Below, one piece after another: positions 27,701 through 35,724 of a stretch of 64,000 nucleotides of DNA. A program made the translations under genes and the position numbers. The notes under the pieces were generated by a model, which saw nothing but the letters and a program-made list of their open reading frames with translations, made no database searches and was not told the DNA's origin. The stretch covers positions 1 to 64,000 of the IMG/VR virus record IMGVR_UViG_3300000478_000013; one strand, written 5' to 3'. This stretch comes from a virus. Lineage: Duplodnaviria; Caudoviricetes. The stretch's first letter is position 1; each line of letters opens with the position of its first letter.

Positions 27701-28733
27701 CTTAGTTTCTGAGTCTATGGGAAACAAGCTGAAGATGCTTGCTAATCTCGGATATAGGTACGTACCAGTAACAAGCGTAGAGAACGCAGGGGTAAGGGAA
27801 GTATTCGATCTTACACTTGAGGATACTCAAAACAGGTCTTTCGTAGCCAACGGGCTAATAAGCTCCAACTGTCATCACGAGTCCGCTCCTACCTTTCATG
27901 CAGCGACAAGGTCTTTTAACGCCAAGTACAGGGGCGGACAGACCGCTACTCCTTCTAGAAAAGACCAGACCCACGTAGCTATCTTCGATACGTTGGGTCC
28001 TGTTACCGCCAAGGGTACAAAGGAGGCCATGACTCCTATTGTCCATTTTCATGCGTCAAATGTTCTCGTTCCGGACAGGATATTCAGGGGAAAGTACATT
28101 ATTCCTCAGCTAGTCAATTTCTTGGCAAGGAATGCAGCGTACCAAGAGTGCCTGTACGAGGAGATCCTAAAGGAGTGCGAAGAGGGACGAAAGATTCTCG
28201 TAGTCACCGAAAGAAGGAACCATGCCTTTCGACTGAAGCAGAAACTGAACGTCCAAGGTTTTGGCTGTGAGCTGATTATCGGCGGGCAAGAGATGAAAGA
28301 CCAGAACTGGTACGCAGAAGAGCTTCTTTCTGGCAGGGTGTCCGTTCTTATAGGAACACAGGTGATCAACGAGAACGTTAATATACCTCCCCTGGACTCC
28401 ATACACCAGCCTTTCCCTAACTTCGGAAAGGAAAGAGAAGAGCAAAGAGTAGGACGTGTAAGGCGTTACCTGTCTGGATCCAACTACGAATACCTGAAGG
28501 AAAACGGCATAGAGTGGGACAAGCCTCAGCCTAGGGTCCATGTGTACACCTGGCATGCCACCCACAACATGGCGGAGTCTTCCGTTGGATTCAGGGATAG
28601 ACTGTACAAGAAGTGGGGATTTGACTTCGCTCAATCTTACGAATCCCTACCTAAGACCAAGAGAGCCAAAACTATGAAAGAGTGGCTCAAGTCTTTCGAA
28701 GAAAACGACAAGACAAACCCAAGGGACATATGA
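24756..28733 (+). CDS. superfamily 2 helicase (UvsW/type III Res-like) precursor with two inteins; spliced product ~567 aa
   Basis: Q motif LYPEQ, Walker A APTGWGK|T, Walker B WAEE|CHH, motif III TATP, motif V ENVNIP.LD, motif VI QRVGRVRR. Confidence 0.9.
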   Translation: MGKKTKLCVLNNVLWVPSQYVDDDARKDFTYKFEEVEYHPNLDLPSKCSNCELWGKKWRPGRTTCKQKGYTIEDVCKHFSPKKVPVSKEIVVKTYQDRPDGWTTFARGDIGKIKKHFARLGVSDERVAPKLEFDLTCLRELYPEQQKVAEDWLSKKYGIIQAPTGWGKCLGKGTPILLYDGSVIPVEKVVVGDLLMGPDSQPRRVTSTCRGVEPLYRVTPVKGDPYVVNESHILSLKLTRSKPSDEVVQVNIPVKEYLQKSKWFKHRAKGWRTGVEFPKTKLNKDMPPYVLGMWLGDGATNRMKNSLRSLGVLGNKHIPHEYKTASREDRLQLLAGLIDSDSSRNAECYDFISKHERLADDLCFVARSVGLAAYKKPCIKTCSNNGVSGTYYRVHLSGNCSIIPCRIPRKKATPRYRRKDHLVVGIQVDPIGEGEYYGFEVEGPDRLFLLGDFTVTHNTVCWSWLVSHLNLKTLLLAQEVRHLMVGFEGLYEHTNIAELEEEAGEHLIGILNKDWKWVVDSDGTKKRKWMTRKGKFYPITFATFQSFASKGGKKLRRQLKDEFGLLWAEECLSGDTLVPTVERGLIRLDEFVEDASQNQDISIHVGTRFGVSKARRWIRKSAQPTVKITTRLGNSVTATLDHKMLVLDPVRYELEWVRSEDLKEGDLLCVSPEPAVRKTPLPLVLPAEAELSRTEVRRPTTMTPDLAFLLACVVTEGGVYQNSRVEITNTNMTLLDSYASKMESVFGLKPRVSLQYPKGTRVDIRGKSYLSSMDCYVSSTCSKTLALWLQSLGISTDNAPSKVVPWSILQADEESQLAFLAGFLECDGFIAASGYIGFCSSSITLLHQLQAVLFAHGVTSAEIKKPDKERDQYYIRVSGSDSENLYRKISPWLVTKSLPEVKRRSSKLYGIPASGIVDLLQDRRVQGTGRCTFRNDDNKEVTVPRIPREFLYPLSSVRGPQKTLPYETISRGGYDELISKITLVSESMGNKLKMLANLGYRYVPVTSVENAGVREVFDLTLEDTQNRSFVANGLISSNCHHESAPTFHAATRSFNAKYRGGQTATPSRKDQTHVAIFDTLGPVTAKGTKEAMTPIVHFHASNVLVPDRIFRGKYIIPQLVNFLARNAAYQECLYEEILKECEEGRKILVVTERRNHAFRLKQKLNVQGFGCELIIGGQEMKDQNWYAEELLSGRVSVLIGTQVINENVNIPPLDSIHQPFPNFGKEREEQRVGRVRRYLSGSNYEYLKENGIEWDKPQPRVHVYTWHATHNMAESSVGFRDRLYKKWGFDFAQSYESLPKTKRAKTMKEWLKSFEENDKTNPRDI
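25260..26129 (+). mobile_element. intein 1 (290 aa) with degenerate LAGLIDADG endonuclease, inserted in Walker A
   Basis: Starts CLGKGT; block B VNESHIL; ends VTHN followed by Thr; LGMWLGDG and LAGLIDSD motifs. Confidence 0.93.
26466..27869 (+). mobile_element. intein 2 (468 aa) with LAGLIDADG endonuclease, inserted in Walker B
   Basis: Starts CLSGDT; block B TLDHKM; block F VFDLTL; ends FVANGLISSN followed by Cys; LACVVTEG and FLAGFLECDG. Confidence 0.93.
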
Positions 28734-29401
28734 TTATGACCGAAAGCATGGAAGAACTAATGGAGTCTGATGAGGTCTTCTTTTCGATTGATATCGAGAC
28801 AGACGGACCCATACCCCTACAAAATTCCCTTCTGTCCCTAGGATGCGCTGCGTTCTCCCCTAACGGGAAATTGATCGACACATTCGAGGTTAACCTGTCT
28901 CCTATGGAGGGAGCAGTACAAGACCCTTCCACGATGGAGTTCTGGAGCAGGAACCAGGAAGCGTGGAACCACTCCACACAGAATCAGATAGATCCCACAG
29001 AAGGAATGACCAGGTTTAAAGACTGGGTTCACACGACAGCGGGTGGCAAACTGAGAACCGCAGTTTGCTTTCCTTCTGGTTTCGACTTCACGTTCGTCTA
29101 TGTGTACTTTGTGAAGCTCGGTGTACCTAGCCCCTTTAGCTTTTCCTGCATTGACGTAAAGTCCTATGCCTCGGCAGTAAGGCAGTCCGCTTACTCTAGA
29201 GCAGGGAAGAGATATTGGCCGGGACGGTGGTTCGATAAAGGACTTCCACACACCCACAAGGCGATAGATGATGCCATCGAGCAAGGTCTATCCTTCATCA
29301 AAATGAGGGCAGAGCACTTCGGGGGCCCAGAGGCTACTCGCTTTGTCTCCGATATGTTCTGGAGGAACAACTCTCACGTAAAGAAGGTCGAAGAGAAGTG
29401 A
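28730..29401 (+). CDS. DEDDh 3'-5' exonuclease
   Basis: SIDIETDGP, GFDF.FV, CIDVKSY, HTHKAIDDAIEQ. Confidence 0.88.
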   Translation: MIMTESMEELMESDEVFFSIDIETDGPIPLQNSLLSLGCAAFSPNGKLIDTFEVNLSPMEGAVQDPSTMEFWSRNQEAWNHSTQNQIDPTEGMTRFKDWVHTTAGGKLRTAVCFPSGFDFTFVYVYFVKLGVPSPFSFSCIDVKSYASAVRQSAYSRAGKRYWPGRWFDKGLPHTHKAIDDAIEQGLSFIKMRAEHFGGPEATRFVSDMFWRNNSHVKKVEEK

Positions 29402-29964
29402 AAACAGGAAAGAGGACACAGGACTACCATAAGATAGGAAGTCCTACGGACGCTCTTTACTATGCGGCAGACATACCATCTACCGCATGGGGTTCTCTTT
29501 TAGAAGCCAGCCCTAGATTCAAACTCGTGGTGATGGACGACCAGAGCGTTTCGCCTAAAGTGCAGGAGGATTGGTTTGAACGTCTTAGGTCAGGGGAACT
29601 TTTCTCTCTTCCATACCTAGTTCTGTTGTCTTCCGACTCCGACGACGATGCCTCCATTACGCAGGGATATGACCTGATGAAGAGGGCGCTGGGCCAAGGT
29701 CTTCGTGTCCAGATAACCGACTCTTCCTCCATACCGTCAGAGAACGTAAGGGACGAATCTGTGTTTATGCTGACTAATTTCTACGACGAGGCCCCCGCAG
29801 AGAGGGTCCAACTTGTTAGAGATTGGTGCCACAAGCACAAGTCAAATTTTCGTATACTTTGTACGGCCGGGTCCCCGGACGTCATACTTCGAAGAACTAA
29901 GCTCAAGTTCAACGCTGTATTTTACGTGGACTCCAAGATTGTAATAGAGAGGAGCATGGCGTAA
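29398..29964 (+). CDS. hypothetical protein, possibly degenerate DnaC/IstB-like helicase loader
   Basis: Located directly upstream of the DnaB-like gene; P-loop-like strand/helix pattern without GKT. Confidence 0.35.
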   Translation: MKTGKRTQDYHKIGSPTDALYYAADIPSTAWGSLLEASPRFKLVVMDDQSVSPKVQEDWFERLRSGELFSLPYLVLLSSDSDDDASITQGYDLMKRALGQGLRVQITDSSSIPSENVRDESVFMLTNFYDEAPAERVQLVRDWCHKHKSNFRILCTAGSPDVILRRTKLKFNAVFYVDSKIVIERSMA

Positions 29965-29967
29965 AGA

Positions 29968-31296
29968 ATGAAGGTTATCAGGACAAAGGCCGAGATACGT
30001 ACTATTCTTTCTTGCTTACAGAGCCCCAAAAAGGTCAAAACAGAACTTCTGAGCAAGCTTCACAGAGACCACTTCGGGTACCTTCCTATGACCAAGGCAT
30101 TTATGGTCGTAGAACAGATGATGATTCGGTCAGCTACGGACCTGCCCTCGATGGAGACGTTCCTAGAGGCGCCAGAACTGGAGCAGGACACAGCGGATAT
30201 CCTTAAGTCTCCTACAGTCAGTCCGGTACAGACTGTAGATGACGCAAAGAGACTCTTGGAGATACTTGAGTATTACCGGGTAATAAGAAGGTTTTACGCG
30301 TTCTCGTCCGACTCGGTAGAAGCGATGGAAACGTCCAACAAACTGGACGTAGCCAAGATTATGAACGACATGGAGATCTGTCTCTCAGACATGCGCACAG
30401 AAGCGGATGAGGAGAAGATGTACCATGTAGGAAAGGGAACAGAGGACGAGGATGTCGACGAATTCGTCAAGGAAGTATTCTCTGACGACCCTGTGAAGTT
30501 GCTTCCCTCTACGTTCGGTAACTTTGATAGATACACAGGAGGGTTCGGTACTACCGACCTATTCATACCAGCTTCTCACAAGAAAGGAGGGAAGTCGATA
30601 CTCACACTCAACATGACCTCCAACATGTATGAGCTGAATAATGTTAATGTGATTTACATCCCTCTAGAGATGAACAAGCAAGAGACGGCAGAGCGCCTTC
30701 TCTCCAAGTTGTCAGGCGTAGAGCACAACAAGATAAGAACAAAGACCACCAGCTCTCTTGAGCAGAATGCCCTTATAAAGTCATGGAGAAGGTTCAAGGC
30801 ACACGGGATAAAACACGCTTGCAGATTTACCGTATGGCCTATCTCACACGTAAGCGTCAGCCGATTACGCCTTCAACTCAAGCCGTTCAAATACAACGTA
30901 ATCGTAATCGACTACATCAATCTACTCGACCACCCCAACGCAGACAAGATGAAAGACTGGGAAAAGCTAAATGATTTGGCCAGAGAGCTTAAGTTACTTA
31001 CCAAGGACTTGAATGCCCTGATCGTGGCTCCTACTCAGATGAATGAGGATGGGTCCTTGCGATATGCACGAGGTCTAGCTGAACACGCCAACACAGTCTG
31101 GACATGGGTATATGGGGAAGAAGAAAAAGGAACGCACATCATCACGGTAGACCAGCCCGCAGTTAGAGGGTGGGCACCGTTCAAGTTTCAGCTGTTAGAA
31201 GACTTCTCTAGGATGATGATTTCAGACCACGCAGGAGAGTTTAACCCAGACATGGGTAGCAAGACAAGGGTAGACACAATGAAAGGACTCAGATAA
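29968..31296 (+). CDS. DnaB-like replicative helicase
   Basis: Walker A ASHKKGGKS, IPLEM, VIDYINLL, ARELK.L.K.L...IVAPTQMN. Confidence 0.88.
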   Translation: MKVIRTKAEIRTILSCLQSPKKVKTELLSKLHRDHFGYLPMTKAFMVVEQMMIRSATDLPSMETFLEAPELEQDTADILKSPTVSPVQTVDDAKRLLEILEYYRVIRRFYAFSSDSVEAMETSNKLDVAKIMNDMEICLSDMRTEADEEKMYHVGKGTEDEDVDEFVKEVFSDDPVKLLPSTFGNFDRYTGGFGTTDLFIPASHKKGGKSILTLNMTSNMYELNNVNVIYIPLEMNKQETAERLLSKLSGVEHNKIRTKTTSSLEQNALIKSWRRFKAHGIKHACRFTVWPISHVSVSRLRLQLKPFKYNVIVIDYINLLDHPNADKMKDWEKLNDLARELKLLTKDLNALIVAPTQMNEDGSLRYARGLAEHANTVWTWVYGEEEKGTHIITVDQPAVRGWAPFKFQLLEDFSRMMISDHAGEFNPDMGSKTRVDTMKGLR

Positions 31297-31299
31297 GAA

Positions 31300-31518
31300 A
31301 TGCCGAAGGATTCCCACGTTCAGCTGAACGGAAAGATTAGTGATGTACATCCGGGAGGACAGTTTACTGTCAGACTTGAGAATGGGTCAGACGTAAATGC
31401 TAGACTTTGTGGTAAGATGCGAAAGAATCGAATTCGAGTTATTTTAGGGGATGATGTTCAGGTATCTCTGTCTCCCTACGACCTGACTCATGGCATAATT
31501 ACATTTAGACACAAGTAG
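31300..31518 (+). CDS. infA: translation initiation factor IF-1
   Basis: 72 aa; F.V.LENG....A.L.GKMRKNRIRVILGD.V.V.LSPYDLT.G.I.FR.K. Confidence 0.96.
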   Translation: MPKDSHVQLNGKISDVHPGGQFTVRLENGSDVNARLCGKMRKNRIRVILGDDVQVSLSPYDLTHGIITFRHK

Positions 31519-31538
31519 GGGGTCTCTGCAGGCACGAA

Positions 31539-31787
31539 ATGAAGATACAGTGTGGCTCTTGCGGTTTCTTAGGATCTTTCTCTGGTGATATTCCTCCTTC
31601 TTCTTGCCCTGTGTGTAAAAGAGGAAAGATAGAAGTTGTGGGTCGCACCACAGCCTGCTTTTCCTGCGGGACTCAGTTTCCATCAATAGACTCGGCTTGC
31701 CCAGCCTGTGGTGTGGAACGAATATCCAGATACAGGTCAAAAGAGAATTACCACCCAGTAATTCCTGACGAGAAAAAAGATGCCTAA
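31539..31787 (+). CDS. double Zn-ribbon protein
   Basis: Four CxxC pairs. Confidence 0.65.
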   Translation: MKIQCGSCGFLGSFSGDIPPSSCPVCKRGKIEVVGRTTACFSCGTQFPSIDSACPACGVERISRYRSKENYHPVIPDEKKDA

Positions 31788-32166
31788 TTTTGTGTCTGCT
31801 TCTAGCCTTCTTAGGAAGAAATACGAAGAAAGAAAAGGCGAGTCTGTGAAGGCTTCGCCTTTTCCTGTAAGCGACGTGTGTAAGTCCTGCTGGTACCAGG
31901 AAACGTGCATCTTCCGTACTATCCTTCGGCAGCCGCCAAGATCCTGCTGTGTGTACGAATTATTCGGTGATCTAGGTACACAAGAAACTACGGTAGAAGA
32001 CCTTGTAAAGTTCACGTGTGACACGAGATGTGTAACTAGAAGAGAGTGGGTGGGAGACCCATGTCCCCACGACAGCGTGTATTGCGAGAACTTTTGTCCT
32101 GTGTCTAGACACATCCTTGGACTTGGTCCTGCACAAAAAGAAGACGTACCATACGATGGATATTGA
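31780..32166 (+). CDS. Cys-rich hypothetical protein
   Basis: CKSC...C...CC and CDTRC...CP...CENFCP. Confidence 0.6.
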   Translation: MPNFVSASSLLRKKYEERKGESVKASPFPVSDVCKSCWYQETCIFRTILRQPPRSCCVYELFGDLGTQETTVEDLVKFTCDTRCVTRREWVGDPCPHDSVYCENFCPVSRHILGLGPAQKEDVPYDGY

Positions 32167-32608
32167 ACACGGACCCAGCTATAGTCTGGTATACCCAAGA
32201 ATCTACATGGGAGGTGCTGTAGTTGACGCAGACGGACTCTTTGAAGCCTTCGACGTCGTTGTGCTGAGTGCCAGCGAATGGCAACCAGAAGTTATTCCAC
32301 CAGACAGAACGAAGGAAGTTCTACGGATAAGCCTGCATGATGTGGACTCTCACCTAGCACTTGGGCCGGAGGTAAGGTCTAAGTTAGGCTCTTTAATATC
32401 TACTCTGGAGAAGTTTTACCGAGAAGAAAAAAGAATCCTGATAACCTGCATGGCAGGTATGAATAGAAGCGGTCTGGTCACCGCTCTTCTCCTGATGCGT
32501 GCCCTTGGTCACACTCCAAAGACGGCCATCAATCTTATCCGAGATGCGAGGGGACCCGCTGCCCTGTCTAACCCTACTTTCGTTAGGTACATAGAGAGCC
32601 TTAGATGA
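32156..32608 (+). CDS. dual-specificity (CX5R) phosphatase
   Basis: ILITCMAGMNRSG, AI..IR..RG..AL.N..F. Confidence 0.88.
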   Translation: MDIEHGPSYSLVYPRIYMGGAVVDADGLFEAFDVVVLSASEWQPEVIPPDRTKEVLRISLHDVDSHLALGPEVRSKLGSLISTLEKFYREEKRILITCMAGMNRSGLVTALLLMRALGHTPKTAINLIRDARGPAALSNPTFVRYIESLR

Positions 32609-33681
32609 AAATTACACTTGAAGGAACCCACTTTAGGGATGCCATAAGGACCGTAGCTGCTCTGTTTGACGCAGAAGCCTACGCACTACTTACTGCCAGC
32701 GAAGAAGCCGGTTCTCTAATAATCGAGGCAGGCAAGAATGGCGTTTATTGCAGGCAAAACGTGGAGGCAAATATAGAGGAGGAAGGGCAGATAGTGATCT
32801 CTGTAGCACACTTCCTTCGTATGGACTTCTCTGACGTTCTTACGCTTTCTGTAAGCGGTAGCTCTGTTTCCTTCAAATCAGGTAGGACAAAGGGAACCAT
32901 TGTAGCTTCAGGGGATGCAGACGGAATAGAGGCGCAGAGACCCAACAAGTCGTTCAAGGCGTCGGTGGCACTCCCTACAGACATACTAAGGGGGGCCCTG
33001 TCTCGTATTCAACTAGGAAGTACTCTTCCCGGTACACAGATGGCCGTAAGGATACAGGCGGGGGAGAACCTTACGTTGTCCACCACAGACCAATACAGAG
33101 CCGCTATCTTTAAAGAAAAGCTTGCCTTGGCGCAAAGCGAATTTGACGTACTGATGCAACCTGCCTTCCTGTCCTCTGTACTGTCCAGAGTACAGGACGG
33201 AGAAACTTGCATCGGTGCACACAAGGGCACCTTTCGCCTGAAAACCGAATCCATGGATGTTTTCCACCCCGCTATACAGTCTTCGCCTGAGGACATAGAG
33301 GACTGGATCGCGAACGGCATAGACTACGATTCCTTGGGATGTACGGTTACTACTACGGTGGAGGAGTTGGTGCAGACCCTTAGAGAGGTCAGTGCAATAC
33401 ACATGGGGGCCATCGCCTACGACACCCACATAGACTGCCTTATCAAGGGAACAAAGGCCCACTTTAGATGTGTCGCTGACCACGGGTCAACACAAACGTC
33501 TCTTGGACTAGAGAGCAGCACAGCCGAAAAGTTTGCAACGAAACTATCCTCAAAGTACATGCTTGAGCTTTTGAACCTGGTTAAGGCTGGGGAGATAGAA
33601 ATAAAATTCTGGGACACCTTCTTGCTGGTCACTGGGATGTCCGGAAAGTTTAGGGGTCTCATCCCTACGGTGGCCTCATGA
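32605..33681 (+). CDS. DNA sliding clamp (beta-clamp/DnaN-like)
   Basis: 358 aa three-domain size; 'IEEEGQIVI', 'STTDQYRAA' (cf. ATDGHRLA), 'KYMLELL', C-terminal 'GLIPT'. Confidence 0.75.
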   Translation: MKITLEGTHFRDAIRTVAALFDAEAYALLTASEEAGSLIIEAGKNGVYCRQNVEANIEEEGQIVISVAHFLRMDFSDVLTLSVSGSSVSFKSGRTKGTIVASGDADGIEAQRPNKSFKASVALPTDILRGALSRIQLGSTLPGTQMAVRIQAGENLTLSTTDQYRAAIFKEKLALAQSEFDVLMQPAFLSSVLSRVQDGETCIGAHKGTFRLKTESMDVFHPAIQSSPEDIEDWIANGIDYDSLGCTVTTTVEELVQTLREVSAIHMGAIAYDTHIDCLIKGTKAHFRCVADHGSTQTSLGLESSTAEKFATKLSSKYMLELLNLVKAGEIEIKFWDTFLLVTGMSGKFRGLIPTVAS

Positions 33682-34055
33682 AGACCAAAGAATTCCTAGT
33701 GGAGTGGGGAAGCATACCGGAGAACTCCATTCACAGGGTCAAGAATGATCTGTGGGCGGTGCGTCTTGGTATAGTGGTAAACAGACCACAAAAGAAGAAA
33801 TGCGTAGAAGACTCGTTTCTTATTCTCTCAGAACACCATGGGGAGGGGAACTCCACCCTAGGGTATACCCTCTTACTGAAGAAGGAGTTCCCCCACTTTC
33901 TACAGCAGGATTACTACTTATCCTTTTTTAGCGATCTGACTACTAGGCATGCGGATCCCAAGGTGGTGTACAAAGACCAAAAGCTATACCTGTACAAGTA
34001 CGGGACAAAGAAACCAAGCTATCAAATGCTTCTTCGTTCAAGGATAGGTAACTAA
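33678..34055 (+). CDS. hypothetical protein
   Basis: ATGA overlap. Confidence 0.55.
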   Translation: MKTKEFLVEWGSIPENSIHRVKNDLWAVRLGIVVNRPQKKKCVEDSFLILSEHHGEGNSTLGYTLLLKKEFPHFLQQDYYLSFFSDLTTRHADPKVVYKDQKLYLYKYGTKKPSYQMLLRSRIGN

Positions 34056-34058
34056 CCT

Positions 34059-34796
34059 ATGGCTACCAAAAAGTGTGTAGTGATGGATATAGAAACCATT
34101 CCGTCACATAAGGCCATATTAGACACTCGTGCTACAGACTTCGCACTTCCCGTTTTTCACGAGATCGTGTGTCTTTCCTATGCTGTTCTTGACGACACCT
34201 TCAACGTTATGGAGGTCCGGTCACTAGGCCTGAATAGAGAGTCGGAGAGGGACGTTCTATCCCAGTTCGGAAAGTTGATGAACGAGGAGACCTTGCTTGT
34301 CACCTGGGGCGGAAGACGATTTGACCTGCCTGTCATCTTGTATAGGAGCATGTACTACGGAATACCTTGTCCGTGGTACTTCAAAAGAGACTTCAGTCAC
34401 AGGTATGATCTTACGGGTCATATTGACTTGAAGGACCACATGTCGCTGTGGGGAAGCACAGAAATTATGAAGCTTGACCACATCGCAGCAGCCATAGGAC
34501 TCCCAGGAAAAATGGATGTTACGGGCGCAGACGTGGCCTCTCTATGGGCGAAGAATAGGTTTAAAGAGATAGGCGCATATTGTGTGTCTGATGTAGTACA
34601 GACCATGGTGGTTTTTCTTAGGTGGTCGCTCCTGCGTGGCCTGGCCAGCCCCGGAGAGTTTAACCAATTCCTACGTTCACTAAGCAAGTATGAAGAGAAA
34701 CTTTATCTAAAGGAAGCATCTGAGGTATCAGGTGGACTTCAAATGGTAACAAGTAAGTGTAACTTACAATCTCTAATAGTTGATGATGAAGAATAG
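34059..34796 (+). CDS. stand-alone PolB-related 3'-5' exonuclease
   Basis: MDIETIP, LVTWGGRRFDLPV, HIDL.D, GLPGK, YCVSDV. Confidence 0.85.
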   Translation: MATKKCVVMDIETIPSHKAILDTRATDFALPVFHEIVCLSYAVLDDTFNVMEVRSLGLNRESERDVLSQFGKLMNEETLLVTWGGRRFDLPVILYRSMYYGIPCPWYFKRDFSHRYDLTGHIDLKDHMSLWGSTEIMKLDHIAAAIGLPGKMDVTGADVASLWAKNRFKEIGAYCVSDVVQTMVVFLRWSLLRGLASPGEFNQFLRSLSKYEEKLYLKEASEVSGGLQMVTSKCNLQSLIVDDEE

Positions 34797-34805
34797 GAAA
34801 AACTA

Positions 34806-35297
34806 ATGTCCATTTCTTGGGATGAAAATCAAATCACATCGGTTGCTAGTTTTCTACAAGAGAAGCTTCCACTTACCCAAGGTAAGGTGGTAGTTTGTAT
34901 GGGAGACGTACCTGAGCGATGCTTTGCAGGATCAGTGAACATAGACGAAAAACAGTTCATACTGCTGACTGGAATCGATATGACCCTCTACGAGATGGTC
35001 ATTAACATCGTTCTTGCCTACTCCATAGCCCTTGCCTACGAAGAAAGCGAGTGGACTGCCCTCCCTCCTATGGAATCTCTGTTTGACTCCCACAGAAAAG
35101 TGTGCGAAATTATGATGGAGCTGAACGAGGAACTGGCAGTAGCATTTGAAGACTACGTAGACATAGTTGAAACCTGGCACTCTGCGCAGGGGGAAGAGTA
35201 CGGAGGGGAAGGGAACATAGAAGAAGTCCTGGATGAGTTGGGTGGTCTTCTGTTCTCGAACCCTGACAATAGTAACAAGGACTACGGCTCAAACTAA
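34806..35297 (+). CDS. acidic hypothetical protein
   Basis: AGGA SD. Confidence 0.6.
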   Translation: MSISWDENQITSVASFLQEKLPLTQGKVVVCMGDVPERCFAGSVNIDEKQFILLTGIDMTLYEMVINIVLAYSIALAYEESEWTALPPMESLFDSHRKVCEIMMELNEELAVAFEDYVDIVETWHSAQGEEYGGEGNIEEVLDELGGLLFSNPDNSNKDYGSN

Positions 35298-35302
35298 ATT
35301 AC

Positions 35303-35376
35303 TGGGGGTTCGTCTAACGGCAGGACTGTGGATTTTGGTTCCATTAATCTAGGTTCGAATCCTAGGCCCCCAGCCA
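35303..35376 (+). tRNA. tRNA-Gln (anticodon TTG)
   Basis: Acceptor TGGGGGT/GCCCCCA, anticodon arm GTGGA-TTTTGGT-TCCAT, T-loop GGTTCGAATCC, encoded CCA. Confidence 0.95.
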
Positions 35377-35382
35377 AAACAT

Positions 35383-35456
35383 TCGGGGTTCGTCTAACGG
35401 TAGGACGCCAGGTTCTGGTCTTGGCTATCTGGGTTCGAATCCTAGGCCCCGAGCCA
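35383..35456 (+). tRNA. tRNA-Gln (anticodon CTG)
   Basis: Acceptor TCGGGGT/GCCCCGA, anticodon arm CCAGG-TTCTGGT-CTTGG, GGTTCGAATCC, encoded CCA. Confidence 0.95.
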
Positions 35457-35481
35457 TTTTGAAAACTGAACGGAGTCTTAG

Positions 35482-35724
35482 ATGGGATACCACACTCGCG
35501 AGATCAAGAAGGGTACTCTTGGTGAGACCTCTAAGATACGAGAAGAGCTTGAAGAGCTAGAGGACGCAGAGCTTCAGGGTATACGGATACTGGCTATGTG
35601 TGAGCTGGCGGACTTGTACGGTGCGCTAGAAGCAAAAGCTCTGAGTATGGGTATTTCCATGCAAGACTTAAGACAGATGTCAGAGGCCACCAAGTCTGCC
35701 TTTCTTGACGGGAGCAGACGGTGA
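35482..35724 (+). CDS. MazG-like all-alpha NTP pyrophosphohydrolase
   Basis: KIREELEELEDA...ELADLYGA (ExxE...ExxD). Confidence 0.65.
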   Translation: MGYHTREIKKGTLGETSKIREELEELEDAELQGIRILAMCELADLYGALEAKALSMGISMQDLRQMSEATKSAFLDGSRR

